Positions 9,293 to 18,923 of a stretch of 64,000 nucleotides of DNA are shown here, one piece after another. The stretch covers positions 6,359-70,358 of the forward strand of contig CAIKOA010000014.1 of the NCBI GenBank assembly GCA_903828955.1, read 5' to 3'. The position numbers and the translations under genes are program-made. The stretch is from an uncultured Candidatus Micrarchaeota archaeon (GTDB taxonomy: Archaea > Micrarchaeota > Micrarchaeia > Anstonellales > Bilamarchaeaceae). The notes beneath the pieces were generated by a model. The model searched no databases. It was not told the DNA's origin and worked only from the letters and a program-made list of their open reading frames with translations. Within the stretch, counting starts at the first letter, position 1, and each line of letters starts with the position of its first letter.

Positions 9293-9601
9293 TTATACCT
9301 TGCTCTCAATCCATTTTTTGAGCAGATCCTTGGGAAGCGCGCCCATCCTGCGGTCAACCTCCTTCCCGTTCTTGAAAATTATTAACGTAGGTATGCTCAT
9401 TACTCCGTATTTCTGGGCAATCTCCTCGCTTTCAGTTATGTCTACCTTTGCGAATTTAACCCCCTTAACTTCCTTGCTGAGTTCCTCGAAAATTGGCGCA
9501 AGCATCCTGCAGGGGCCGCACCAGCTTGCCCAGAAATCCACAACCGTCGTCCCCTTTGCAACAGTAGAATCAAAGTTCGCTGAATTCAATGCTTCTGGCA
9601 T
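9293..9601 (-). CDS. trxA: Thioredoxin
   Basis: WCGPC active site, 102 aa. Confidence 0.92.
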   Translation of the reverse strand: MPEALNSANFDSTVAKGTTVVDFWASWCGPCRMLAPIFEELSKEVKGVKFAKVDITESEEIAQKYGVMSIPTLIIFKNGKEVDRRMGALPKDLLKKWIESKV

Positions 9602-9726
9602 GACAAAACCTCAACCTGGATTTCCAAAACAGAATTTTAAATGCTTTCCCCCACTCACAGAAAAACCAATAACTACGAAATCCCATAAATAAACATTTTT
9701 ATACTCTTCCAGCCAAAATCATTTCC

Positions 9727-10230
9727 ATGCAGCTGAGGGTTTTACATTCGCAAGATGCGCCCAGCCCCCAGCAGGCGGCTAAGAAAAAACGGGCTCTGCG
9801 CCCAACCAAACATTTCCACGAAGGAAAGCGAATTTATGCAAACGAATTCGGGCAGGAGTTCTTCTCAAGGTCTTTCCCCACAAAAGGGGAGGAAGGAAAT
9901 CGACGCACTATCGAGGTTCTTCAGCTGGGAGAAGGAGAGCCAATCGTCCGCTACTCCGCAAAAATCATGCTCATGGGGAAAGCCCTGAAGATAGAATATG
10001 CGGAAAGGGCAAGCGGGGGCGCTATCCCGCATTTATCCGGAGCGCATCCTTCCGGCTACCGCGCGATGCGCCTCATTCTTAACGAGGCAATTTCGCTTGC
10101 GCAGTCACTTGGCGCAAAAACGATATATGCCGAAGAGGCAAATTTCAAGGTTTCCTCCAATTATCTGTCGCTCGGTTTCAAAAAAATTCCAAACTCGGAT
10201 TACATGGAGCTACCAGTGCCTAAAGCATGA
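9727..10230 (+). CDS. Hypothetical protein, possibly a GNAT-like acetyltransferase C-terminal half
   Basis: ORF track. The C-terminal pattern (RLILNEAISLAQSLGAKTIYAEEANFKVSSNYLSLGFKKI) weakly resembles GNAT motifs. Confidence 0.4.
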   Translation: MQLRVLHSQDAPSPQQAAKKKRALRPTKHFHEGKRIYANEFGQEFFSRSFPTKGEEGNRRTIEVLQLGEGEPIVRYSAKIMLMGKALKIEYAERASGGAIPHLSGAHPSGYRAMRLILNEAISLAQSLGAKTIYAEEANFKVSSNYLSLGFKKIPNSDYMELPVPKA

Positions 10231-10996
10231 GCCCAATCTCCTTAATTAGCAGCAGCACACCCATAGCGGCAAGCACGAGCGAAAAAGCCCTTTTGAGCGC
10301 GCCTTCGCTCCACCTTCTCGAAACCCTTGCGCCATGCCAGCCCCCGATTATCGCCCCAAAAAACATCCCCATGAATACCGGCGCATCAAAATTCCCAAGG
10401 GAAAAATGCGCAATTGAGCCCGGAATAGCATATACCACTATTATTGCAAGCGAAGTGGCAACCGCCTTCCTGTAAGGAATTCCCCGCAAATTAATCAGCA
10501 AAGGAACAAGCACAATTCCTCCCCCAATCCCCAGGAATCCGGATACAAACCCTGCCACAGCCCCTATGAAAACCGTTTTTGCCGCCTTTTCCTTCAAGGG
10601 AACCCAGTGGTACCATTTCTCAGTTTCCTTTTCCTTATACTCTGAGAATGCAAAGGCAAGCAATAAGATTCCGAAAATCCCCATCAGGAATTGCGAAGGG
10701 AAATAGGACGTGCAGAACGCCCCTAGCACGGAAGTAACTGCTCCTGCCAGGCCCGCAGTAATCACCGTCTTGTATTTCAATAGCCCTTCCCTCTGGTAAA
10801 CTATCGCCCCAGTGAGCGCGGCAGGAATAGTGAGCGGAAGCGCGGTCCCGATAATCTGGTGCGCATCCATCCCCAGGAAAAAGTTCATTAGCGAAATCGC
10901 AATGCTCGCCCCTCCCAGCCCGAAAAGCCCTGCAAGCGTTCCGCTGAAAACCCCTATGCAAAAAGAAATAATCATTTCCACTAAGGTTGGATCCAT
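10220..10996 (-). CDS. TauE/SafE (DUF81) family sulfite/anion exporter-like membrane protein
   Basis: Duplicated 4-TM halves with the GxGGG/LGIGGG motifs typical of TauE/SafE. Confidence 0.75.
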   Translation of the reverse strand: MDPTLVEMIISFCIGVFSGTLAGLFGLGGASIAISLMNFFLGMDAHQIIGTALPLTIPAALTGAIVYQREGLLKYKTVITAGLAGAVTSVLGAFCTSYFPSQFLMGIFGILLLAFAFSEYKEKETEKWYHWVPLKEKAAKTVFIGAVAGFVSGFLGIGGGIVLVPLLINLRGIPYRKAVATSLAIIVVYAIPGSIAHFSLGNFDAPVFMGMFFGAIIGGWHGARVSRRWSEGALKRAFSLVLAAMGVLLLIKEIGLML

Positions 10997-11049
10997 CTCT
11001 ACCAATCAATAATTGGAAATGTAGATATTATATGCGTGCCTTTTTTGCC

Positions 11050-12279
11050 TCAATCATAACTAAGCGCTTCAATTGCGGGAATCTTTGATGCACTCCTTGC
11101 AGGAATCGCACCCGCAATAATTCCCACAACGGTTGCAAAAAGCACTGCTCCAGCCGCAACTTCGATTTTCAGGTACGGGGTGAGGCTTACAATATGCGGG
11201 ATAATCTGTATCACAATGATCCCGAGCAATAGCCCCGCAAGCCCCCCGATCATCCCGATCATTCCCGCTTCCACAATAAAGAGGGCAAGCACCTGCGTGG
11301 AAGTTGCGCCTATTGATTTCAGTATCCCGATTTCCTTGGTGCGCTCAATAACGGTCATGAACATGGTATTTGCAATCCCTATTCCGCCAACAAGCGCGGA
11401 GATCAGCCCTATCAGGAGCAGGGCCATCGTAAGAGTATCCGATATCGAACTTATGTTTTGCCTTGTTGAAGTAGATGCGGTGGTTACCGTGAAATCCGGA
11501 TTGTCCACATCCACTCCGCGCGCAAGCGCAAGTGTTTGGGTTATCGCAGTGCCGACAGTGCTGCTGTCAACTCCGGCCTTCACCTTGACCGTTATCTGCC
11601 CGATTTCGTTTTTCCCGAGGTCTTTCCCAAAAAGGCTGTCCTTCTCCGAATAGGGGACGTATATCGCCCTGTCCCCTCCTCCGGACATCGTGTTCCCGCT
11701 TTGTGCAAGGATTCCGATTACTCTGTATTTTTCCCCATTTATCAGGATGTAGCTGTTTATCCCCACCTTATCCGACCCGAACATCCCGTTTGCAACCCCA
11801 TAACCGATTACCGCAACCTTCTGGTCTGAATTCTGCAGATATCTTCCCTCACTAAGCGCATAGGTTTCCGGGAACAATGCGAACAGGTTGTCCTCAACCG
11901 CGGTAATGCTGGCCTTATATTCCTTCTTTGCAAACCCTATCGTTTCCCTCTCAGAAACAGACATCGCAGTCCCAACAATGTCCATTATTCCCTTTATCCG
12001 CGTCGCATCCTTCTCGTGCAGCTTCCCATAATCCGCGCCCGTCTCCACATCCGGCCCCATCGCGCGCCCGCCCCCCGGAGTAATCAGTATGGTGTCAGCG
12101 CCAAGGGAATTCAGGTTTGAATTTATCTGCTGCCCAACCCCTTCCCCTATCGAAACAAGAACGACAATCGTGGCTATCCCTAACAATATTCCGATAACGG
12201 TAAGCCAGGAGCGCAGCTTCCTCCTTTTCAGGTTCTGCAGGCAATACCCAAAAACATCCCTTGAGCGCATATCACTCAT
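11050..12279 (-). CDS. ABC transporter permease, MacB/FtsX family
   Basis: N-terminal TM, large periplasmic-type domain and C-terminal FtsX-like 3-TM bundle. It lies in an operon with the ATPase at 15393..16145. Confidence 0.8.
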   Translation of the reverse strand: MSDMRSRDVFGYCLQNLKRRKLRSWLTVIGILLGIATIVVLVSIGEGVGQQINSNLNSLGADTILITPGGGRAMGPDVETGADYGKLHEKDATRIKGIMDIVGTAMSVSERETIGFAKKEYKASITAVEDNLFALFPETYALSEGRYLQNSDQKVAVIGYGVANGMFGSDKVGINSYILINGEKYRVIGILAQSGNTMSGGGDRAIYVPYSEKDSLFGKDLGKNEIGQITVKVKAGVDSSTVGTAITQTLALARGVDVDNPDFTVTTASTSTRQNISSISDTLTMALLLIGLISALVGGIGIANTMFMTVIERTKEIGILKSIGATSTQVLALFIVEAGMIGMIGGLAGLLLGIIVIQIIPHIVSLTPYLKIEVAAGAVLFATVVGIIAGAIPARSASKIPAIEALSYD

Positions 12280-13492
12280 ACCTCAGTGCTTCCACGGCGG
12301 GCACCTTTGTTGCCTGCTCGGCCGGGTAAGTCCCTGCAACTATCCCTATTCCAACCGAAACCGCAAACGAAAGCCCCACCATGAACGCGGAGATTAATCC
12401 TGCGTATCCGAAAGTGGCAGCAATCTGGATGAAGACCCATCCTGCGGCTATCCCGAGAATTCCTCCGGAAAGGCCGATCATTGCGGATTCCATCAGGAAC
12501 ATGTTCCTTATCTGGGAAGAGGTTGCCCCAATCGCCTTCAGCACCCCTATTTCCCTTGTTCGCTCAAGCACGCTCATGAACATCGTATTCGAAATCCCTA
12601 TCCCGCCAACGATGAGTGAGATTGCGGAAACAAGCCCAAGAAATATTGTAAGAGTCCCCATGATCGCCGCTCTTTGCTCTTCCATGAATGTCGGGCTCAT
12701 CACCATGAAATCCTGGTCATCCGCGGTTACCTGGTGCGCCTGCTGGAGCGTCCATGTTATGTCCTCGGTCACCGTGGTGAGGTTGTATCCCTTTGCCATC
12801 TTCGCCTGGATGCGCGTCACTTCGTCATTTGCAAGGTCGGTTCCTGCAAGGGCGCGCGCATCATCTATAGGGAGATATGCCCTGCCCCCAAAGCCTCCTC
12901 CCCCGAACCCTCCGTTGTCTTCTGCGAGTATCCCAATTACGCGGTATGCCTTCCCGTCCAGATCTATCCTTGAATTCACCTTGACCTTTCCATTGAAGGT
13001 CCGGTCAACCACGCTGCTGCTAAGGAGGACGACCCCCCTGTCGCCTTTTTCAAGGTACCTGCCTTCGGAAAGGTTTCCAAGGGTGTTTGTTTTCAGGTAA
13101 GTTTCGGTGTCAACTCCAGTTATGGTCATTTTGGAAGTTTTGTCCCGATAAGCCACATCCACACTTACGCTGATAGAGGGCGAAACTGTCTCCACCCCAT
13201 TTACGCCCTTCACTATTTCAACATCCTTCATGTAGAGCTTGTCTGCGGATGAAGACCCTCCCTCTTCCCCAGGCGGCCCCCGCATTGCAGTACCGCCCGG
13301 GCTTATCGTGATTATGTCTGAACCCAGTTGGCTCAGCCTTGCATCTATGCTGGAACTGAGGCCGTCCACAAGCCCCACCAACAATATCACTGAGGAGATG
13401 CCGACCACTATCCCAAGCAGAGTAAGCCAGGTGCGCAGCCCCCTATGCCGCAGGTGGTGAAGCGCATATCCGAAAAGGTCCGGGAAGTTCAT
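12272..13492 (-). CDS. ABC transporter permease, MacB/FtsX family (paralog)
   Basis: Paralog of the adjacent permease. The start is placed at MNFPDLFGYALHHL by alignment with its partner; the ORF is open to 13552. Confidence 0.75.
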   Translation of the reverse strand: MNFPDLFGYALHHLRHRGLRTWLTLLGIVVGISSVILLVGLVDGLSSSIDARLSQLGSDIITISPGGTAMRGPPGEEGGSSSADKLYMKDVEIVKGVNGVETVSPSISVSVDVAYRDKTSKMTITGVDTETYLKTNTLGNLSEGRYLEKGDRGVVLLSSSVVDRTFNGKVKVNSRIDLDGKAYRVIGILAEDNGGFGGGGFGGRAYLPIDDARALAGTDLANDEVTRIQAKMAKGYNLTTVTEDITWTLQQAHQVTADDQDFMVMSPTFMEEQRAAIMGTLTIFLGLVSAISLIVGGIGISNTMFMSVLERTREIGVLKAIGATSSQIRNMFLMESAMIGLSGGILGIAAGWVFIQIAATFGYAGLISAFMVGLSFAVSVGIGIVAGTYPAEQATKVPAVEALRYE

Positions 13493-13573
13493 TTTATTTC
13501 CTCCACCTGAACCATCCGTAGATGGCATTGATGGGGGTAAATTCCCCTCCAAGGGCCATCACATCATATTCAG

Positions 13574-13834
13574 TCATTGCTTCTTACCTTGCTTCCTCAG
13601 GTCAAACCACCATATTAACACTGCGAGGATTGCAAGCCCGATTCCAATCTCCAATAGCGGCAGCCCTCCGCCGCCCATCGCGCCCCTTGAAAAACCTCCG
13701 GTTGCATTGCTGGTTGCATTGCTGCCCCCGCCAGAATACCCTCCTCTTCCGCCCATCGGCCCGAGCAGCGCAAAGGAAAGCCCCAATGCCGCAATTCCAA
13801 TAAGTAATCCTTTTATGTTTGCAAAACGTTTCAT
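13574..13834 (-). CDS. Small two-TM membrane protein with Gly-rich loops
   Basis: ORF track. Hydrophobic N- and C-terminal segments flank GGRGGYSGGG; it overlaps the upstream gene by 4 nt. Confidence 0.45.
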   Translation of the reverse strand: MKRFANIKGLLIGIAALGLSFALLGPMGGRGGYSGGGSNATSNATGGFSRGAMGGGGLPLLEIGIGLAILAVLIWWFDLRKQGKKQ

Positions 13835-15360
13835 TTTCTCACCTCAACAACCTGCTTCTTCCCTCCCTTCCATCTCTTCCAGAGCAGGTATGCCGCTCCA
13901 CCCACAACAACGGTGCCCGCAATTACCAGGTAGTTCAGCCCGGAATTCCGCTGCGTATCCGAAGTCATTGCCCTCCCGCTTATCGTAATGGGTATCTGCC
14001 TCTTCACAGTCATCCATTTCCCTGACGCGTCCCTGAAAGAGACCGTCACGTTTGCAGGGTATTCCCCTGCCCGCACCTGGTTCACCGTAATGTCATACTG
14101 CACGCTGCTAAAATCGTCGCTGTCCAGCTCCCCAATGAACTGCTCGGGCTGGATCGTGTCAAGCGTAAATGCCTCGCTATCTACCCGTACCGTAGTTCCC
14201 TGGATGTTGTAATTGCCGAGGTTGGAAACGGTTACTGAAAGCGTGTTGTCCGCACCTGCGGTGAGCGGGTTGGTTTTTGCTTCCAGGTAAATTCCGACAC
14301 TTGAATCCGAAACAATCTCTACAGGAAGTGTTACGGTTGCCACCTGGTTTTCCCCGTTCTCTTCCCAGCTCAGCTCAACTGCTATGTTGTGCGTCCCGGG
14401 CTCAACATTGGCCTTTACCGGCACCGAGAAAGTTTTTGCTTCCCCGCCCGCGAGGTCACCTACCTTATATTCGTTCATCCCGATGAGGTAGGTGTCGTTT
14501 GTACCAAAGGAGAACCTCAGGTTGGATATGTCGTTTCCCTCGTTTGTGAGGTTGAGCGAGAGCCGGTCATTTTGCCCGCTCACTATGGGCGCGTTCTGGA
14601 CGAATACGAAATTCCCTTCGGATTTCTTTATCGTGACCGGAACTTCGACCACCTCGCTAATCGTTGTCCCGAGTTCATTCTGGTAAGAAAGCTGGAACTG
14701 CAGCTTGGTTGCCCCTTCCTTTGCCGCCCTTGCATCAATCGTTGCAGGGACCGTTGCCGATGCCGAAGCGTCAACAGAATCCACGTAGAGCTTGCCGGAA
14801 TTGAGGAAGCCCACATCCGGGTTCAGGAGGGTCACCTCTACTCTCCTTGCGCTGCCCCCGTCGTTTTTCAGGGAGAAGTTCACTTCGCTGATGTCTTCGA
14901 TGCTGTCCTTGGAAAGCGAGATGGACAGTACCGGCTGCTTCACGATCTGCACCGGAATTGAGGCGCTCTTCTCAAAGGTTTCTGTTTTGGAAGCAAGCTG
15001 GTTGTTGCTGTCCAGATAGTAACTCTCACCCGTTCCGGTTGCGCGCACTTCCACGGTATAAAATCCGTTGGATATGTTTTCAGATGCTGCAAAAGGGAGC
15101 GAGATTACCGTGGAAGCCCCGGATTCCAGGTCCCCGACCGCGAAGGTGCGGTCTATCCCCAATGCCTCTACGGATGAAACGGCTATGGCCACGCTTCTTA
15201 CGGTGTCGGTCTGCACTCCGGTATTCGTTATTGTAATCTGCAGCACCCCGGAGCCTCCCGGCTCGACCACTTCAGGGGAAAGTGTATACTTGTCTATGCT
15301 TAAGCCCGCAAAGCAAAATCCAAACAGCAAAAGCGCCATGAGCGCATACTTCATATCCAT
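13831..15360 (-). CDS. Secreted CARDB-like/COG1361 repeat protein with C-terminal TM anchor (partner of archaeal MacB-type ABC systems)
   Basis: Signal peptide, repeated beta-rich modules (..VSVTVSNLGNYNIQG.., ..LQITITNTG..) and a C-terminal hydrophobic helix plus KRWKGGKK tail. Confidence 0.65.
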   Translation of the reverse strand: MDMKYALMALLLFGFCFAGLSIDKYTLSPEVVEPGGSGVLQITITNTGVQTDTVRSVAIAVSSVEALGIDRTFAVGDLESGASTVISLPFAASENISNGFYTVEVRATGTGESYYLDSNNQLASKTETFEKSASIPVQIVKQPVLSISLSKDSIEDISEVNFSLKNDGGSARRVEVTLLNPDVGFLNSGKLYVDSVDASASATVPATIDARAAKEGATKLQFQLSYQNELGTTISEVVEVPVTIKKSEGNFVFVQNAPIVSGQNDRLSLNLTNEGNDISNLRFSFGTNDTYLIGMNEYKVGDLAGGEAKTFSVPVKANVEPGTHNIAVELSWEENGENQVATVTLPVEIVSDSSVGIYLEAKTNPLTAGADNTLSVTVSNLGNYNIQGTTVRVDSEAFTLDTIQPEQFIGELDSDDFSSVQYDITVNQVRAGEYPANVTVSFRDASGKWMTVKRQIPITISGRAMTSDTQRNSGLNYLVIAGTVVVGGAAYLLWKRWKGGKKQVVEVRK

Positions 15361-15392
15361 TTTTTCACCATTTTTATCATGTTTCTTCTTAC

Positions 15393-16145
15393 CTATCTTT
15401 TCTTATATCTCTTTTCATGGGGGGCATGGTCCCCTCCGTGCCATTTTAGCACGGTGCCGTCTTTAATGTGGACGCGCTCCTCAGCATGCTCCGCAACTTC
15501 CGCGTCGTGGGTAACAATCACGAGCGTCCTTCCCTCTTCGTGGAGAGTGTCGAACAGCCTGACCACATCGTCCCCCGTCTTTGAGTCCAGGTTCCCGGTG
15601 GGCTCGTCTGCAAGTATCAATTCCGGGTCGTTCACGAGTGCGCGTGCCATCGCAACCCTCTGCCTTTGCCCTCCGGAGAGTTCGCTCGGAAGATGGTCGA
15701 GCCGGTCGCCCATGTTCAGGCCCCTGAGAATTTCCGCGGCTTTCTCCTCGCGCTCTTTTTTCGGGGTTCCCTGTATCATCATCGGGAGCGCCACATTCTC
15801 CACGGCAGTAAGCGAAGGCACAAGGTTGAATACCTGGAAAACGAAGCCGATTTTCATCCCCCGCACCCGCGCAAGCTGGTCTGATGACATCAAATTGACG
15901 TCTGCCCCATCAATCAGCACCTGGCCCTGCGTAGGGACATCAAGGAGCCCCAGCATATGCAGAAGGGTGCTCTTCCCGCTTCCGCTCGGGCCGATTATGC
16001 TCATGTAGTCGCCATGGTGTATAGTCAGGGTGAAGTCGCGCAATGCGTGTATCTTTTCCTCGCCCATCTTGTAGGTCTTCCAGACCTGCTTGAGCTCCAG
16101 GATGGGCAGGTCTTTTTCCTTTTCCATTTTTTCACTTAATTTCAT
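15393..16145 (-). CDS. ABC transporter ATP-binding protein (MacB/LolD-type)
   Basis: Walker A GPSGSGKST, signature LSGGQRQR, Walker B ILADEPTGNLD. Confidence 0.92.
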   Translation of the reverse strand: MKLSEKMEKEKDLPILELKQVWKTYKMGEEKIHALRDFTLTIHHGDYMSIIGPSGSGKSTLLHMLGLLDVPTQGQVLIDGADVNLMSSDQLARVRGMKIGFVFQVFNLVPSLTAVENVALPMMIQGTPKKEREEKAAEILRGLNMGDRLDHLPSELSGGQRQRVAMARALVNDPELILADEPTGNLDSKTGDDVVRLFDTLHEEGRTLVIVTHDAEVAEHAEERVHIKDGTVLKWHGGDHAPHEKRYKKR

Positions 16146-16192
16146 TTACTTAAAAACACCTAAAAAATAAAATTAAAAGGATGGCGGGCAGC

Positions 16193-17005
16193 TTACTCGG
16201 TGTTGGGCACGAACTCCCCCTTGTGCCCGCCCATCCCCTTTGCTTGCATTCCTAAGCATTCCGCAGGAATAAGCGCATCAATCTGCGCCTTCAATTCATC
16301 TGCTTTTGCACTGTCCCCTGCATCCTTCGCAGTTTTCATCTGCCCCCTAAGGCTGGAAACCGCATCCTTATTGCCTTGCATTGCCTGCCTGCAAGTATCG
16401 TTCATTTGCGGAGGCATTCCTCCCATTCCAGGGGGTTGCCCTCCCTTCATCCCCATACGCACCCCGCACCCTTCAGGCATTAGTTGCTTGAGCTGCCCGC
16501 GCAATTCCCTTACGGTATCATTATCGCCGGATTCCATCGCGGTTTTTATCTGCCCCTGAAGTTGCGCAATCTGGTCCTTATTCTCCTCAAACGCCGCGGT
16601 GCAGTTCGCTTTCTTTTCCCCCATCAGGCTCTGCACAGTCTCCACCAGCTTGTCCTGGAGAACAACCGCCTCAACCCAGTTGCCGAGCTTTTGCGCATTG
16701 AATATCTGCGCCTTCAAATCGAACATTTGCGGAGTCGCAAAATCCATTTTCTTTCCGCCAAGCCCATATTCGTCATGTAGCTTCATTGCGGTTTCGTAAT
16801 CCCCCTCATGCGTTGCCTGCATGAACTCTGCGCGCGTTTCCACTGAAACATTCTGCATATTATCCGTTCCCTGCGGGCCCCCATCATGCCCAGCTCCCAT
16901 TCCGAACAGGTTTCCGAGTCCAAAATCCATTCCAAAACCCCCCCATGCAAAACTAGTGCCGAAAAGGCAGAGGATTGCAAGAAGCGCCTTATTTTTTCCG
17001 TTCAT
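16193..17005 (-). CDS. Secreted protein with internally repeated ~60-aa modules each carrying two Cys
   Basis: Signal peptide ALLAILCLFGTSFAWG and repeated N(C/D)T..C...KD....LRGQ(L/M)K...(PEG/PAE)C modules. Confidence 0.5.
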   Translation of the reverse strand: MNGKNKALLAILCLFGTSFAWGGFGMDFGLGNLFGMGAGHDGGPQGTDNMQNVSVETRAEFMQATHEGDYETAMKLHDEYGLGGKKMDFATPQMFDLKAQIFNAQKLGNWVEAVVLQDKLVETVQSLMGEKKANCTAAFEENKDQIAQLQGQIKTAMESGDNDTVRELRGQLKQLMPEGCGVRMGMKGGQPPGMGGMPPQMNDTCRQAMQGNKDAVSSLRGQMKTAKDAGDSAKADELKAQIDALIPAECLGMQAKGMGGHKGEFVPNTE

Positions 17006-17223
17006 TTGCCCCACCAAACTGAACGTCCGGGGCTTTTTATAAATACTTTTTCCAGAATAAGCCCCAAATTTACCCCAAATTACGCCGTAATAAGCTCTAA
17101 TTTCTGCCCTTTTTGAAAATTTTGCAGACTATCCGCTAAATCGGAAAAGGAAAAAGCCGCAGTTTTTTCAGTTCCCGCCCGGGGCGGAAATCCCAGAAAG
17201 GGAACCGATTCTGCGCGCTTAAG

Positions 17224-17694
17224 CTACCTTGAACTTACCCACGCAAGTATTGCGAGCGAAACGGTTGCAAAGAGCGGAGGGATTATCGAGAAAAGCCCCG
17301 GCCTCCCGAAAACCCCGAACAGCATGTGCAGGAGCGGATTTGCGCTTATCGCAAACAGCATGAACGAAATCACTGCGAGCAACACCCCGAGGGTGAAGCT
17401 GCTCCGGAGTTCCAGGTAGTCCTTCAGGTACACGAATATGAGGAATATGGAAATTATCAGCATTATCGTGGAAAGCGCCATGTCGATGTACATGTAGCTC
17501 GCCATAATCTCCCTCAAATCCTCGCGGTCCTCAAGCCCCTGAAAAGGAGTGAGCATGTTCGCAAGGAAGAATATCCCTATGCAGAAGGCGACTATCACCA
17601 GGGTAAAGCCTGCCGCCTTAAAACTGTAATTATTTCTTTTTTCCTTTTTTTCCGCTTTTTCGTTTTTCATTTTCATCACCATTTCCTTTTCCAT
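17224..17694 (-). CDS. Membrane protein, hypothetical
   Basis: ORF track; 4 hydrophobic helices. It overlaps the upstream wHTH gene by ~65 nt. Confidence 0.45.
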   Translation of the reverse strand: MEKEMVMKMKNEKAEKKEKRNNYSFKAAGFTLVIVAFCIGIFFLANMLTPFQGLEDREDLREIMASYMYIDMALSTIMLIISIFLIFVYLKDYLELRSSFTLGVLLAVISFMLFAISANPLLHMLFGVFGRPGLFSIIPPLFATVSLAILAWVSSR

Positions 17695-17971
17695 CCAAAA
17701 CTTCCTTCAGGAACTCGTTTTCTTCCCAGTCCGGGCTTATGAAAAGGACCTGCCCATAGCCTTGCTTCGGGGTATATACAATTCCATTCTCCACAAGCAT
17801 CTCTATGTGCCCCTGCACCGTCTTGTAATCCAGCGAAAGCGCTAGGGCGAGCTTCCTCAGATTCATGGGCTTATCGCTGAGCGTTTTCAGAATACGAATC
17901 CGCGTCGGCCCCCCCTTTGATGCGCTAAGCATCCAGTAGAGAAGCCGTGTTTTGGAATCCATCTGCAACAA
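17630..17971 (-). CDS. Winged-helix (ArsR/MarR-like) transcriptional regulator with a Lys-rich tail
   Basis: RIRILKTLSDKPMNLRKLALALSLDYKTVQGHIEMLVENGIV is a typical wHTH. Confidence 0.6.
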   Translation of the reverse strand: MLQMDSKTRLLYWMLSASKGGPTRIRILKTLSDKPMNLRKLALALSLDYKTVQGHIEMLVENGIVYTPKQGYGQVLFISPDWEENEFLKEVLDGKGNGDENEKRKSGKKGKKK

Positions 17972-18060
17972 TTAGTTCCGGCAGAATTTAAAAAGTGCGA
18001 ACATGCCATTGATAAAAAAACCTAAGAACTCACGAACCATTTTCCGGGATTATTGGTCGT

Positions 18061-18858
18061 TTGGCGCGCCCGCCGTTTTCCCCTTCTTTCGCAAGATTTA
18101 TATCCTTTCCCCGCGCACTCCTATCCGTGGAAGAGGAAAAGCAAAAGCCGAAGAACAGGCCGGTCCTTTTCGAACTGGACATAAACCACCTCTGCTGGTT
18201 CTGCGACATCACCGACAGGAACCCGGACGCCACTATTGTTTCCACCCTATCGCAAGTTGAAGGGGACCGGATAACCAACGTGATCCAGCTCAATTCCCCG
18301 GACCCGAAAAAAGACATTGAAAGGATGAAGGCGCACCCTCTCGTCAAAAGCGTGCAGGTCCTCACGATGTCCCAGAGCAGCGCTCTCCTGGTGGTGGTTT
18401 CCAGCTACAAGGCAATGACCTACAAACTCCTCCACCATACCAATGTGAAAATGCTGGAATCCCCCGTAACCCGGGCAGGGGTGGATTCCGAAATCCTCAT
18501 GGCGCCTTCCGACAAGGAGATGCGCGAACTGATAACCCGCTTCTCCGAGCACAAGGATTATGCAGATGTGAAACTCAAGAAGAAGAAGTACCTCAATCCA
18601 GAGGACGCGGTTTCGCTCAGCGCCTTCCGCACAAGCGGCTTCTTCGACCTGCAGTCCGCAAAGCAGCTCATCACTCCAAAGCAGCTGGAAATTTTCCAGC
18701 TTGCCTGCGACTATGGCTACTACGATATCCCGAAGAAAATCTCGATTGAGGAGCTCGCGGAAAAGACCGGGCTTTCCCCGTCCACCCTTGCGGAGCATTT
18801 GCGCAAAGCCGAGGCAAAACTCCTTCCCGTTTTCTGGAAAGTCATGAAAAAGCTCTAG
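18061..18858 (+). CDS. HTH_10 (bacterio-opsin activator/Bat-type) transcriptional regulator with N-terminal sensor-like domain
   Basis: C-terminal LTPKQLEIFQLACDYGYYDIPKKISIEELAEKTGLSPSTLAEHLRKAE is a canonical HTH_10. The precise start is uncertain. Confidence 0.65.
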   Translation: MARPPFSPSFARFISFPRALLSVEEEKQKPKNRPVLFELDINHLCWFCDITDRNPDATIVSTLSQVEGDRITNVIQLNSPDPKKDIERMKAHPLVKSVQVLTMSQSSALLVVVSSYKAMTYKLLHHTNVKMLESPVTRAGVDSEILMAPSDKEMRELITRFSEHKDYADVKLKKKKYLNPEDAVSLSAFRTSGFFDLQSAKQLITPKQLEIFQLACDYGYYDIPKKISIEELAEKTGLSPSTLAEHLRKAEAKLLPVFWKVMKKL

Positions 18859-18871
18859 AACTCCGGTAAAA

Positions 18872-18885
18872 CCGCTCTAGAGCGG
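18872..18885. promoter_or_regulatory. Perfect 14-bp palindrome CCGCTCTAGAGCGG, 38 nt upstream of the ATG of gene 18924; putative operator upstream of the TATA-like ACATATACAAG
   Basis: Seen directly. The same palindrome and the same 38-nt spacing recur at 19435-19448. Confidence 0.6.
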
Positions 18886-18923
18886 CATTACTAACATATA
18901 CAAGTTCACATAAATGTTATTCC

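Noticed and set aside
12381-13100. 239-aa plus-strand ORF inside the FtsX permease gene
   Set aside because: Antisense to a permease with clear FtsX topology. Its Pro/Ser/Arg-rich low-complexity translation is typical of a shadow ORF.
17020-17223. Possible ncRNA or tRNA in the 200-nt spacer after the secreted-protein gene
   Set aside because: No cloverleaf or GTTC-type T-loop is present, only an imperfect CCGCCCGGGGCGG hairpin. This is insufficient to call a feature.
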